Source: an uncultured Bacteroidota bacterium (GTDB lineage: Bacteria > Bacteroidota > Bacteroidia > Flavobacteriales > Flavobacteriaceae). From it: a stretch of 64,000 nucleotides of DNA. The DNA lies in NCBI GenBank assembly GCA_902590705.1, contig CACIXU010000003.1, positions 72,574-136,573 on the forward strand. Reading direction: 5' to 3'. The notes under the pieces were generated by a model. That model was not told the DNA's origin. It saw nothing but the letters and a program-made list of their open reading frames with translations, and did not search any database. The position numbers were made by a program, and so were the translations under genes. Positions 47,563 to 55,988 of this stretch are shown piece by piece (position 1 is the first letter of the stretch; the number at the start of each line of letters is the position of its first letter).

Positions 47563-49215
47563 TTGGCTAAACGAAATAAATATATCCTATTAGTTTTAAT
47601 TTTTATTTTTTTTGATTATTACTTAAATAGTCAAAAAGTTGATATTATAGTTTCCGCAGAGGCCAAGACAGAAACAACCATTTTAAATAATGAAACTTTT
47701 AAAATCAATTTGAATGAAAAGGACTTAAAAAATTTTAAATCTAAAGGGTTTATAAGCTATGGTGACGTGGGAGCAGCTGGTGACGGAAAATCAGATGATA
47801 TAAACTTTATCATTGCTACTCATCATATAGCAAATAAATATGGTTTAGCAGTTCGCGCTAACATTGGGGCTAAATACTTTATTGGGGGAAAAGGTAAGTC
47901 AGCCATTATCAAAACAAATACTAACTTTCTAAACTCTACTTTTATAATTGATGACACCAAAGTTGAAAATAGAGAAGCATCAATTTTTTCTGTTGAATCC
48001 AATTTAAATCCAATTTCGATCTACGGTGTTAATAGAATTAAAAAAAATCAGGATAAGATTAATATCAATTTAAAAACTTCTTGTTTAATTACTGTTTCAG
48101 ACTCAAATATCAGAAATTACATTAGATATGGTTTGAATCAAAATAATGGTAAACCTCAAACAGATATTTTTATAGTAGATCAAAATGGAAAAATTGATAG
48201 AAGTTCTCCAATAATTTGGGATTTTAATGATATAACAGAAATAAGTGCTATACCTATTGATGCAAAACAACTAATAATTAACGGAGGCAAATTTATTACG
48301 ATTGCTAATAAAGCTCCATCAAAATATACTTACTACAGCAGAAATATTTCAATAACTCGCTCAAATGTAATCGTTAAAAATCTGGAACATACAATTATTG
48401 GAGAGGGAGATAATGGTGCTCCATACAGAGGGTTTATTAGTATATCTGATTGCTCCAATATTACAGTCAAAGGTTGTATTTTGACTGGACACAAAACCTA
48501 CAAAACAATAGGTAATGCAGGAAAACCAGTCTCTATGGGATCATATGATCTATCTGTTAGAAGATCAATTAATGTAAGTATTATAAATTGTAAGCAAACA
48601 AATGACATAAATGATGATACTTATTGGGGTTTATTTGCATCTAATTATTCTAAAAATATAACTTTCGATAACTGTATTTTTTCAAGATTTGATGCACATA
48701 TGGGTGTTCATAATGCTACAATTCGTAACTCAACTTTAGGTTACATGGGAATAAATGCAATTGGTTCGGGGACCCTCTTAATTGAGAACACTAAAGTTTA
48801 CGGAAGAAGTCTTGTAAATTTTAGACAAGATTATGGAAGTACATGGGACGGAGAACTTATGATTAAAAATTGTGTATTTGCCCCAAGAAGAAGTAATTCT
48901 GAGTGTCTTGCAATTTTTAACGGAAGAAATTCAGGAAAACATGATTTTGGTTACACCTGCAAGATGCCTAAAAATATTATTATTGATAATTTATTTTTTG
49001 ATGACTCTGATTTTAATGAAGAAAAAAAGTCGTTGGTTATTTTTTCAAATTTTAATCCAGAAATGAAATCAGATAATTATAAGGAAATCTACCCTTACAT
49101 TGTAACTAAGAAAGTCATTATAAATAACTTAACCACATCGAGTGGGAAAGAACTTTTAGTTAGTGAGAATCCTTATATGTTTAAAGGAGTTAAAATTGAA
49201 AGAAATAATAATTAA
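47563..49215 (+). CDS. Secreted right-handed beta-helix protein (pectate-lyase-superfamily-like)
   Basis: N-terminal GAAGDGKSDDINFI motif typical of pectate_lyase_3-type beta-helix proteins, and an Asn/Ile-rich repetitive body. I prefer the TTG start at 47563 (LAKRNKYILLVLIFIFF signal peptide) to the ATG at 47491, which overlaps the sulfatase by 71 nt. Confidence 0.7.
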   Translation: MAKRNKYILLVLIFIFFDYYLNSQKVDIIVSAEAKTETTILNNETFKINLNEKDLKNFKSKGFISYGDVGAAGDGKSDDINFIIATHHIANKYGLAVRANIGAKYFIGGKGKSAIIKTNTNFLNSTFIIDDTKVENREASIFSVESNLNPISIYGVNRIKKNQDKININLKTSCLITVSDSNIRNYIRYGLNQNNGKPQTDIFIVDQNGKIDRSSPIIWDFNDITEISAIPIDAKQLIINGGKFITIANKAPSKYTYYSRNISITRSNVIVKNLEHTIIGEGDNGAPYRGFISISDCSNITVKGCILTGHKTYKTIGNAGKPVSMGSYDLSVRRSINVSIINCKQTNDINDDTYWGLFASNYSKNITFDNCIFSRFDAHMGVHNATIRNSTLGYMGINAIGSGTLLIENTKVYGRSLVNFRQDYGSTWDGELMIKNCVFAPRRSNSECLAIFNGRNSGKHDFGYTCKMPKNIIIDNLFFDDSDFNEEKKSLVIFSNFNPEMKSDNYKEIYPYIVTKKVIINNLTTSSGKELLVSENPYMFKGVKIERNNN

Positions 49216-49365
49216 TGAAATTAATCTACTCACACTAAAAATTCATCATCAAAATATATAGATAAAATAGCTTTACCAAATCACTTAATCTATCTATTTC
49301 TTAATGTAGGAGAGTAATTATTACTCTAAAAATCTAGCAAATTCTCAAATTGTAAATCTTAATTT

Positions 49366-49782
49366 TTATTTTTTTGAAATTTTATCTAATGAATCTCTGA
49401 TCTGTGTTAACAAAACTATATTTGTTGGGGTTTCAATTGAACTTTCAGTTATGTCCTCTGATTTTCTTTTTAATGTATTGAAAAATTTTACAATTATAAA
49501 AATTGTAAATCCAACTATAAAAAAATCTACAAGAGTATTAATTAATAAGCCATAATCTATAGAAACCTCGCTTAAATCAGATGTTCTTTTTCTTAAAATA
49601 ATTTTTTTGTCTTGAAAATTGACTCCATCTGATAATAACGATAAAGGAGGTAGTAAAACATTTTTAACCAATACATCAACGACTGAATTAAATGAGGCTC
49701 CAATGACAATTCCAACTGCCATTTCAATCATATTACCCTTAATAGCAAATTCTTTAAATTCTTTAATAACCTTCATAAGCAT
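49366..49782 (-). CDS. mscL: Large-conductance mechanosensitive channel MscL
   Basis: EFKEFAIKGNMIEMAVGIVIGASF N-terminal signature; 138 aa. Confidence 0.9.
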   Translation of the reverse strand: MLMKVIKEFKEFAIKGNMIEMAVGIVIGASFNSVVDVLVKNVLLPPLSLLSDGVNFQDKKIILRKRTSDLSEVSIDYGLLINTLVDFFIVGFTIFIIVKFFNTLKRKSEDITESSIETPTNIVLLTQIRDSLDKISKK

Positions 49783-50000
49783 AAATTAAAATTTTCTTTT
49801 TAATATATAAAAATAAATTAATCACCAAGAATGGAAGAACCCTTAAAGGCAATAGGTACCGATTTCTGTGGTGATGTATTTTCAAGTTTTTTACTTAATA
49901 GTTCTTCAATTAGAAGGCTAACTCCAATGAGTTTGGAAACAAATTGTTCATTATAAATCTAATGCGGTTTAAAAAATTGATAAAAATCATTTAAAAAATC

Positions 50001-50078
50001 TGGTGGGTGTTACTGGATTCGAACCAGTGACCTCTACCCTGTCAAGGTAGCGCTCTAAACCAACTGAGCTAAACACCC
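50001..50078 (-). tRNA. tRNA-Val (anticodon GAC), CCA encoded
   Basis: I folded the cloverleaf manually. Acceptor GGGTGTT/AACACCC, D stem GCTC/GAGC, anticodon stem CTACC/GGTAG with loop TTGACAG, T arm ACTGG-TTCGAAT-CCAGT, discriminator A plus CCA. Confidence 0.9.
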
Positions 50079-50228
50079 TAAATAAATAATATAATGTGGC
50101 TAAATATAAAATTTTTATTTGAAGCTTTTCTAAAGTATAATTGATAAAAGATTAACTATTAAAAAATTTAGGTATAAAAAATGTATTAAATAATTATGTA
50201 TATACAAATATTGTTTGTACATTTGAAA

Positions 50229-50318
50229 ATGAAAAGTAATAAACCTTTTTGTGGATGTGGCCTTACACAAAATTCCTTTGGGTATTGTGATGGATCTCAT
50301 TCTAAGAGTATAAGTTGA
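50229..50318 (+). CDS. 29-codon mini-ORF with a CDGSH-type iron-sulfur motif
   Basis: The translation is MKSNKPFCGCGLTQNSFGYCDGSHSKSIS. CxCGLT...CDGSH resembles the CDGSH [2Fe-2S] signature CxCxx(S/T)xxxPxCDG(S/A/T)H, with one extra residue and F in place of P. It is below the 60-aa cut-off of the ORF track. Confidence 0.45.
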   Translation: MKSNKPFCGCGLTQNSFGYCDGSHSKSIS

Positions 50319-50877
50319 TTTAATTATGATTTCAATTGAGGGGGTGAGGTTAATATAATGAAGCTGGTTGTGAAAGAGAAAATGTTATTCACCCCTTTCA
50401 ATTAATAATTACAAATTAAATTATTTACGAAAAATATAAAGTGCCAAAAATATTTTATTTTATTATTTTTTTAAAACTATATACCGAAATTAATCTAGTA
50501 TATTTTCTTTTTATTTAGAATTTTGAACAACAAGTGTTTAAAACTTTTTAAATTATTCATGTAAAAAGTTAAACAATAAATAAATTTCATTATAAAAAAA
50601 ACATTTAATACTCTTTTTAATAAAATATTGCATAATTATTTTTTGTAATTTGATAGTTTCTTTAGGATATCTTCATTTTTAAATGGTTTAAATTTTTAAA
50701 AATTAAAAAACTTAAATAGAAATTTGCTTAAGTCGTAAAAAGATAAAATTGAATAAATATTTATATAGATAATTCGTAGGTAGAACTTAATTTTACATTG
50801 TTATTAAGTTAAATACTTATAGAAGTACACACTTAGTTTAGTTAATTTAATTGTTTGGTTTTTTTATTATTTCGTGA

Positions 50878-50913
50878 ATTGGGCGGGAATCTTCATCCCG
50901 CCCAATTTTTTTT
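50878..50913 (+). terminator. Strong orphan intrinsic terminator (11-bp GC-rich stem plus T8)
   Basis: ATTGGGCGGGA-atcttca-TCCCGCCCAAT followed by TTTTTTTT. It is oriented for the plus strand, and no ORF of 60 aa or more lies upstream of it on that strand. Confidence 0.7.
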
Positions 50914-50947
50914 GTATAACTTCAATATTTAATTTAAATCACTAATT

Positions 50948-51214
50948 ATGATTAAGATAATCATTTCATTAATTGTTGTTTTATCAATAGGATTATTAAT
51001 TATTAAAAATAAGAGTAAAATAGGATCAGATGATGCTTGCTTATGTACCGAAATATTAGTCAATGAAAACTTCATTAATAAAAAAGAAAAAATGCCATCA
51101 GTTAAAAAATGTTTGAGCTCTTTTAAAAATTTTGAAAATGCTCACTTTGAGTGTATGAAATCAATTCCTTTAGATCAACATGAAATAAAAATCGATTCAC
51201 TAAGATCTATATGA
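50948..51214 (+). CDS. Small membrane-anchored protein with 4 Cys, function unknown
   Basis: 88 aa with an N-terminal TM (IIISLIVVLSIGLLII) and cysteines in CLC...C...C spacing. Confidence 0.5.
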   Translation: MIKIIISLIVVLSIGLLIIKNKSKIGSDDACLCTEILVNENFINKKEKMPSVKKCLSSFKNFENAHFECMKSIPLDQHEIKIDSLRSI

Positions 51215-51264
51215 TCTAAATAGGTAATCTTTAATTTTACATCTTGAAAAATCTAATTAAATAA

Positions 51265-51474
51265 ATGTTAAACATTATAAAAAAATTAAGATTTCTATTA
51301 TTATTGATTCCTCTAGGAATTATTATTAGATATGTAGATCTTGAAATTACTAGAGGTGGGTTTTTATTGTCCAATGAAAAATCAAATCATTTTGTGTTTA
51401 TTGGAGGCTTGGTCTTTCTCGTTATTGGTTTAATAGTAATTGTACTTTATTTTGACAAAAAATCAAACCCTTAA
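51265..51474 (+). CDS. Small two-TM membrane protein, function unknown
   Basis: 69 aa with two hydrophobic helices. Confidence 0.45.
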   Translation: MLNIIKKLRFLLLLIPLGIIIRYVDLEITRGGFLLSNEKSNHFVFIGGLVFLVIGLIVIVLYFDKKSNP

Positions 51475-51484
51475 AAAAATCTTC

Positions 51485-52105
51485 ATGAAGTATTTTGATA
51501 GTAATGCAATAAAAAATTTTAATAAAGTTTATAGATTAAACATGATAAATAGTATTACAGGATATAAATCTGCGAACATGATTGGCAGTCGTTCTAATTC
51601 TGGAAATGAAAATTTGGCTATTTTTAGCTCAGTAACTCACCTTGGCAGTAACCCTCCGCTTTTAAGTTTTACCTTAAGACCCAACACCGTTCCAAGGCAT
51701 ACTTATAAGAATTTTAGAGAAAATAAAGTTTTTACAGTTAACCATGTCACGTTATATCAAATCGAGGACGCTCATCATACCAGTGCAAAATACGATGAAG
51801 AAATCTCCGAATTTAATCAAACAGGTTTGAGCCCTGAATACAAGAATGACTTTTACGCCCCGTTTGTAAAAGGCTCGCCAGTTCAATTAGGCTGTCGATA
51901 CCTTAACGAATACGATATCATAGAAAATGGATGCGTGTTGATTGTCGCTGCAATTGAGCATATTTTTATAGAAAATCAATTGCTCAAGGATGACGGTTGG
52001 GTAAAGCTAGAGGATGGGGATGTAATGACAATAAATGGATTAGATGGGTATGCCCTGCCTAAACTACACAAAAGACTTGATTATGCTAGACCTAAAACTA
52101 TTTAA
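51485..52105 (+). CDS. Flavin-reductase-like (FMN-binding split-barrel) protein
   Basis: INSITGYKSANMIGSRS...NLAIFSSVTHLGSNPPLL matches my recollection of flavobacterial flavin reductase family proteins. Start moved to the ATG at 51485. Confidence 0.65.
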   Translation: MKYFDSNAIKNFNKVYRLNMINSITGYKSANMIGSRSNSGNENLAIFSSVTHLGSNPPLLSFTLRPNTVPRHTYKNFRENKVFTVNHVTLYQIEDAHHTSAKYDEEISEFNQTGLSPEYKNDFYAPFVKGSPVQLGCRYLNEYDIIENGCVLIVAAIEHIFIENQLLKDDGWVKLEDGDVMTINGLDGYALPKLHKRLDYARPKTI

Positions 52106-52138
52106 GAAACATAATTATATTATTTGATTTAATTTAAT

Positions 52139-52783
52139 ATGGAGTTTATAAATAATGATATTATGACTTATGCAGTTCAATATACCCAGGATGAATCTGA
52201 ACTACTAAAGTCATTAAATAAAGAAACACATCAGAAAATCCTTCAACCTAGAATGATTAGTGGGCATTTTCAAGGGAGATTTTTAAGTTTTGTTGCAAAA
52301 ATAATCAAACCGCAGATAATTCTTGAAATAGGTACTTTTACGGGCTATGCAACACTTTGTCTTGCTGAGGGGCTGACTAAAGATGGTGAAATTCACACTA
52401 TTGATATAAATGAAGAACTGGTCGATTTCCAAAAAAAATACTTTGACCAAAGTGTATTCAAAAATCAAATATTTCCTTATCTAGGTGAGGCTAAAAATAT
52501 AATTCCAAAATTAGACCTAAAGCTTGACTTAGTATTTATTGATGCTGATAAAATCAATTACCCTATTTACTTAGAAATGGTTGTGGCAAAATTGAAAAAA
52601 GGAGGAGTTTTAATCGCTGACAATGTATTATGGAGCGGAAAAGTTCTTAATAAACAAAAAAAAAGTCTTGATTCAGAAACTAAAAGTATTAAGCTTTTTA
52701 ACAAACTTGTAAAAAAAGACGAGCGTTTAGAAACAGTCCTTTTACCTATTCGAGATGGGCTAATGATATGCAAGAAAGTTTAA
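52139..52783 (+). CDS. Class I SAM-dependent O-methyltransferase (family 3, caffeoyl-CoA OMT-like)
   Basis: SAM motif ILEIGTFTGYATL and the metal-site FIDADK motif. Confidence 0.8.
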   Translation: MEFINNDIMTYAVQYTQDESELLKSLNKETHQKILQPRMISGHFQGRFLSFVAKIIKPQIILEIGTFTGYATLCLAEGLTKDGEIHTIDINEELVDFQKKYFDQSVFKNQIFPYLGEAKNIIPKLDLKLDLVFIDADKINYPIYLEMVVAKLKKGGVLIADNVLWSGKVLNKQKKSLDSETKSIKLFNKLVKKDERLETVLLPIRDGLMICKKV

Positions 52784-53052
52784 AGATCCCTTTTAATGGA
52801 GTCTGTTAGTTCATCAAATTCGTCCTTAACCTTATCAACTTGCTTATTGATTTCTTTTCCCACTGACCTTTCGGGATCTTTTGAATCTACTGACTTTTGA
52901 ATCTCGGATTTTATTTCATTGGTGGCATTTCTAACCTGAATAACCCCTTTAGCAAGTGTCTTGGCAATTGACGGGATTTTATCTGCACCAAAAACTAGTA
53001 GTACAATAAAAAAAATGAAAATCAATTCTGTCCCGCTGATAAAAAGAAGCAT
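52780..53052 (-). CDS. tatA: Twin-arginine translocase subunit TatA/E
   Basis: N-terminal TM followed by an FG hinge and amphipathic helix (IVLLVFGADKIPSIAKTLAKG); 90 aa. Confidence 0.85.
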   Translation of the reverse strand: MLLFISGTELIFIFFIVLLVFGADKIPSIAKTLAKGVIQVRNATNEIKSEIQKSVDSKDPERSVGKEINKQVDKVKDEFDELTDSIKRDL

Positions 53053-53123
53053 AGCCTAAATTTTCACAAATATATAAAAGGTGAGTTTATTTTGTCAACC
53101 AAATAGGGGGTAAACATTTCAAA

Positions 53124-55415
53124 TCAGCGATTAGTCTTGGACTTAAATTTTTCAAACTCAGAAAGGCCTTCTTTCTTAGGCCAAACATTATTTTCGACAT
53201 CAACATCTGAAGTCGCAAAATCTGGATCTAAAATTACAGATTTAATTTGTTTATTAGTAGCAATAATTTTCTTTACCATTTCATCATTTTTTCTCCAAAT
53301 CTCAGGAGGGTACTTAACTCGATCTGAGCTTCCGTCCATATAATTGTACTCCACCAAAATAGGCATTACTAATCCCCCTGGTTTTTCAAAAGTAATCTCA
53401 TAAAAGTTTTTGGGCAATTGAAGCATATTATTAATATTTTTATCTAAATAAGCTTTAAGATTATTGGATCCACTTCTAAATTCTGTTTTCACGTCTTCTT
53501 CTTCTAGAAAAACAAATGGGTAATCATCATTAGTAATTCCAAATTTATCGATTATTGCTTGGGCTTTAAGAGGTGTATTATTTGTAAACTGAAGTTTTTT
53601 CAAACTTTTAATACCAATATCCACATAATCCGTTGTATAAAACCAACCCCTCCAAAACCAATCTAGATCTACAGCTGAAGCATCCTCCATTGTCCTAAAA
53701 AAATCTGCTGGGGTGGGATGTTTGAACTTCCAACGATTGGAATAAGTTTTAAAGGCAAAGTCAAACAACTCTCGACCCATCACCGTTTCTCTCAAAATAT
53801 TTAGTGCGGTAGCAGGTTTTCCATAGGCGTTTGGACCCAATTGATAAATATTTTCAGGATTTGACATTATTGGGGATAAGAAACTTTGATCTCCTGCCAT
53901 ATAACCCACAATACGTTTAGGATCTCCCCTTCTTGAAGGGTAACTCGAGAGGTTATCCATAGATAAAGGATTTCGCCTAGCAAACTCTTGTTCGGTTAAA
54001 TATTGCACAAAAGTGTTCAGCCCTTCATCCATCCAGCCCCATTGTCTCTCGTCAGAATTTACTATCATGGGAAAGAAATTATGACCTATTTCGTGAATGA
54101 TCACGCTGATCATTCCATATTTCTCTCTCATTGAGTAAGTTCCATCCTCATCAGGTCTTCCGTAATTCCAACAAATCATTGGATATTCCATTCCTTGGTT
54201 CTTTGAATGAACAGAAACTGCTTTAGGGTAAGGATAATCAAAAGTGAATTTAGAGTAGGTTTTTAAGGTCTGAACAACAGCTTTTGTAGAGAACTGCTCC
54301 CAAAGCGGATTACCCTCCTTTGGATAAAGAGATACAGCCATAACATTTTTATCTCCAATTTGAACAGCCATCATTTCCCAGATAAATTTTCTAGAGCTTG
54401 CAAAGGCAAAATCACGAACATTTTCAGCGATGAATTTCCAGGTTTTTTTATCTTCAGAAAAGCCTTTTTCATTAATCTCTGCCTCTTCTTGACTAACAAT
54501 GATGACTGGTTCATCAAATGATTTTTCAGCTCTTTTATACCTCCGGTACTGATCACGAGTTAGTACTTCCTTAGGATTTTGTAATATTCCTGTAGCTTCC
54601 AATATATGGTCAGCAGGAACAGTAACGTTGACCTCATAATTTCCAAAGTTCAAAGCAAACTCACCATTACCCCAAAATTGATGGTTTTGCCATCCTTCAA
54701 CATCATTATAAACCGCTAAGCGAGGAAAAAACTGAGCAATAACGTACAATCTATTCCCATCTTTAGGGAAAGGTTCATAACCTGACCTTGCCCGTTTTTT
54801 AACGTGATCGTTTATGTTGTACCACCACTTAATAGAAAATTTGAATTCTTCACCCTTTTTTAACGGTTGTGGAAGGTCAACCCGCATCATAGTCATATTT
54901 ATTGTGTGACTTAAGGATTGATTGAATTCATCCTTAACCCATTGAATATTAAACCCTCCATCAAATGGATCCTCTATGTGTCTTGCTGCAAAACGGTCTA
55001 CCTGTGACTCATCAATAAGATTATAGATTATGTTATGAGCGGTATCTCCCTCAGAGTTTTTTTGCAATGCTGGAGAATCTTTTTTCCTAATATTTTGATC
55101 TAACTGCAGCCACAAATATTCAAGCACATCAGGAGAATTATTAGTGTAAGTAATCTCTTCCTGTCCATATAATCTTTTATTTTTATCATCCAATTCTACA
55201 TTGATTACATAGTCAACCTTTTGTTGATAATAATCTTCACCTGGAGCACCTGATGCTGTTCTAAACTTATTTGGGGTAGGCAGCTCCTCTTTCAACTGCT
55301 TAAACTTATTACTATTAAGATGACCTTGAGATTCTAAAGATATATCTTGACCTTGGAGATTAATGAAAAACGTTAACAATGTTGCAGTAGAAAAAAATGC
55401 TTTTAATTTATCCAT
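53124..55415 (-). CDS. Secreted M1-family zinc metallopeptidase
   Basis: HEIGHNFF (HExxH) plus a downstream WMDEG glutamate, with a signal peptide; 763 aa. Confidence 0.85.
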   Translation of the reverse strand: MDKLKAFFSTATLLTFFINLQGQDISLESQGHLNSNKFKQLKEELPTPNKFRTASGAPGEDYYQQKVDYVINVELDDKNKRLYGQEEITYTNNSPDVLEYLWLQLDQNIRKKDSPALQKNSEGDTAHNIIYNLIDESQVDRFAARHIEDPFDGGFNIQWVKDEFNQSLSHTINMTMMRVDLPQPLKKGEEFKFSIKWWYNINDHVKKRARSGYEPFPKDGNRLYVIAQFFPRLAVYNDVEGWQNHQFWGNGEFALNFGNYEVNVTVPADHILEATGILQNPKEVLTRDQYRRYKRAEKSFDEPVIIVSQEEAEINEKGFSEDKKTWKFIAENVRDFAFASSRKFIWEMMAVQIGDKNVMAVSLYPKEGNPLWEQFSTKAVVQTLKTYSKFTFDYPYPKAVSVHSKNQGMEYPMICWNYGRPDEDGTYSMREKYGMISVIIHEIGHNFFPMIVNSDERQWGWMDEGLNTFVQYLTEQEFARRNPLSMDNLSSYPSRRGDPKRIVGYMAGDQSFLSPIMSNPENIYQLGPNAYGKPATALNILRETVMGRELFDFAFKTYSNRWKFKHPTPADFFRTMEDASAVDLDWFWRGWFYTTDYVDIGIKSLKKLQFTNNTPLKAQAIIDKFGITNDDYPFVFLEEEDVKTEFRSGSNNLKAYLDKNINNMLQLPKNFYEITFEKPGGLVMPILVEYNYMDGSSDRVKYPPEIWRKNDEMVKKIIATNKQIKSVILDPDFATSDVDVENNVWPKKEGLSEFEKFKSKTNR

Positions 55416-55478
55416 ATATTAAGAATGTTTGACTAATACTAAATTAAGATAATTTTGCCTACTAATATACACAAGTAA

Positions 55479-55982
55479 CTATTTAGAAAGATTAAGTTCA
55501 ATATCAAATGTATGCTTTGAAGACATACTCAAAAAACTTCTTCTTCTTCCCTGGCTTCGGAAATGTAAAATATTTTTTTGATCATTAGTAAAATCAAAAA
55601 GTAAAGTGTTTTTGACGTCAAATTTTATTACAGTACTGTCCAATAAAATTTCTAAGTATGCAACCAATAAATCGTTACGGTAAATTTTCCCTAAGTAATC
55701 AAATGGAAGATTACGTTCATTGGATTTGAATACCAAGTTTTTTTGAAAATATTTTTTTGTTAAACTGTCGACCAGATCAGCATCATTATCGGGATTTAAT
55801 TTAATTCCTGAAGCCATTTTTTTTAAAGCAAATTCAAAGTCATCGGCAAAAACTTGGGCCGTAATTTGTAAACTTCTGTCATCAGGAATAAACTTAATTG
55901 ATGTAGTTGATACGTAGAATTTATGTAAAGTAAAACTAGATAAAATAAATACAGTCAGGAAAACAAGGGAAATAATTCTCAT
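55479..55982 (-). CDS. Secreted hypothetical protein
   Basis: 167 aa with a signal peptide. It is co-directional and tightly spaced between the CarboxypepD_reg-like gene and the M1 peptidase. Confidence 0.55.
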   Translation of the reverse strand: MRIISLVFLTVFILSSFTLHKFYVSTTSIKFIPDDRSLQITAQVFADDFEFALKKMASGIKLNPDNDADLVDSLTKKYFQKNLVFKSNERNLPFDYLGKIYRNDLLVAYLEILLDSTVIKFDVKNTLLFDFTNDQKNILHFRSQGRRRSFLSMSSKHTFDIELNLSK

Positions 55983-55988
55983 GCAACA

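Noticed and set aside
49831-49953. 40-codon plus-strand ORF (MEEPLKAIGTDFCGDVFSSF...) in the mscL-tRNA spacer, which looks slightly less AT-rich than its surroundings
   Set aside because: It has no motif, no clear start context and a Ser/Leu-rich tail. It may be a gene remnant, but I cannot support a call.
45023-50078. The idea that the esterase/sulfatase/beta-helix/mscL block is a tRNA-Val-integrated genomic island
   Set aside because: There is no integrase, no recombinase, and no direct repeat of the tRNA 3' end that I could find at the far boundary. mscL is a core gene. The accessory character of 45.3-49.2 kb rests on gene content only.
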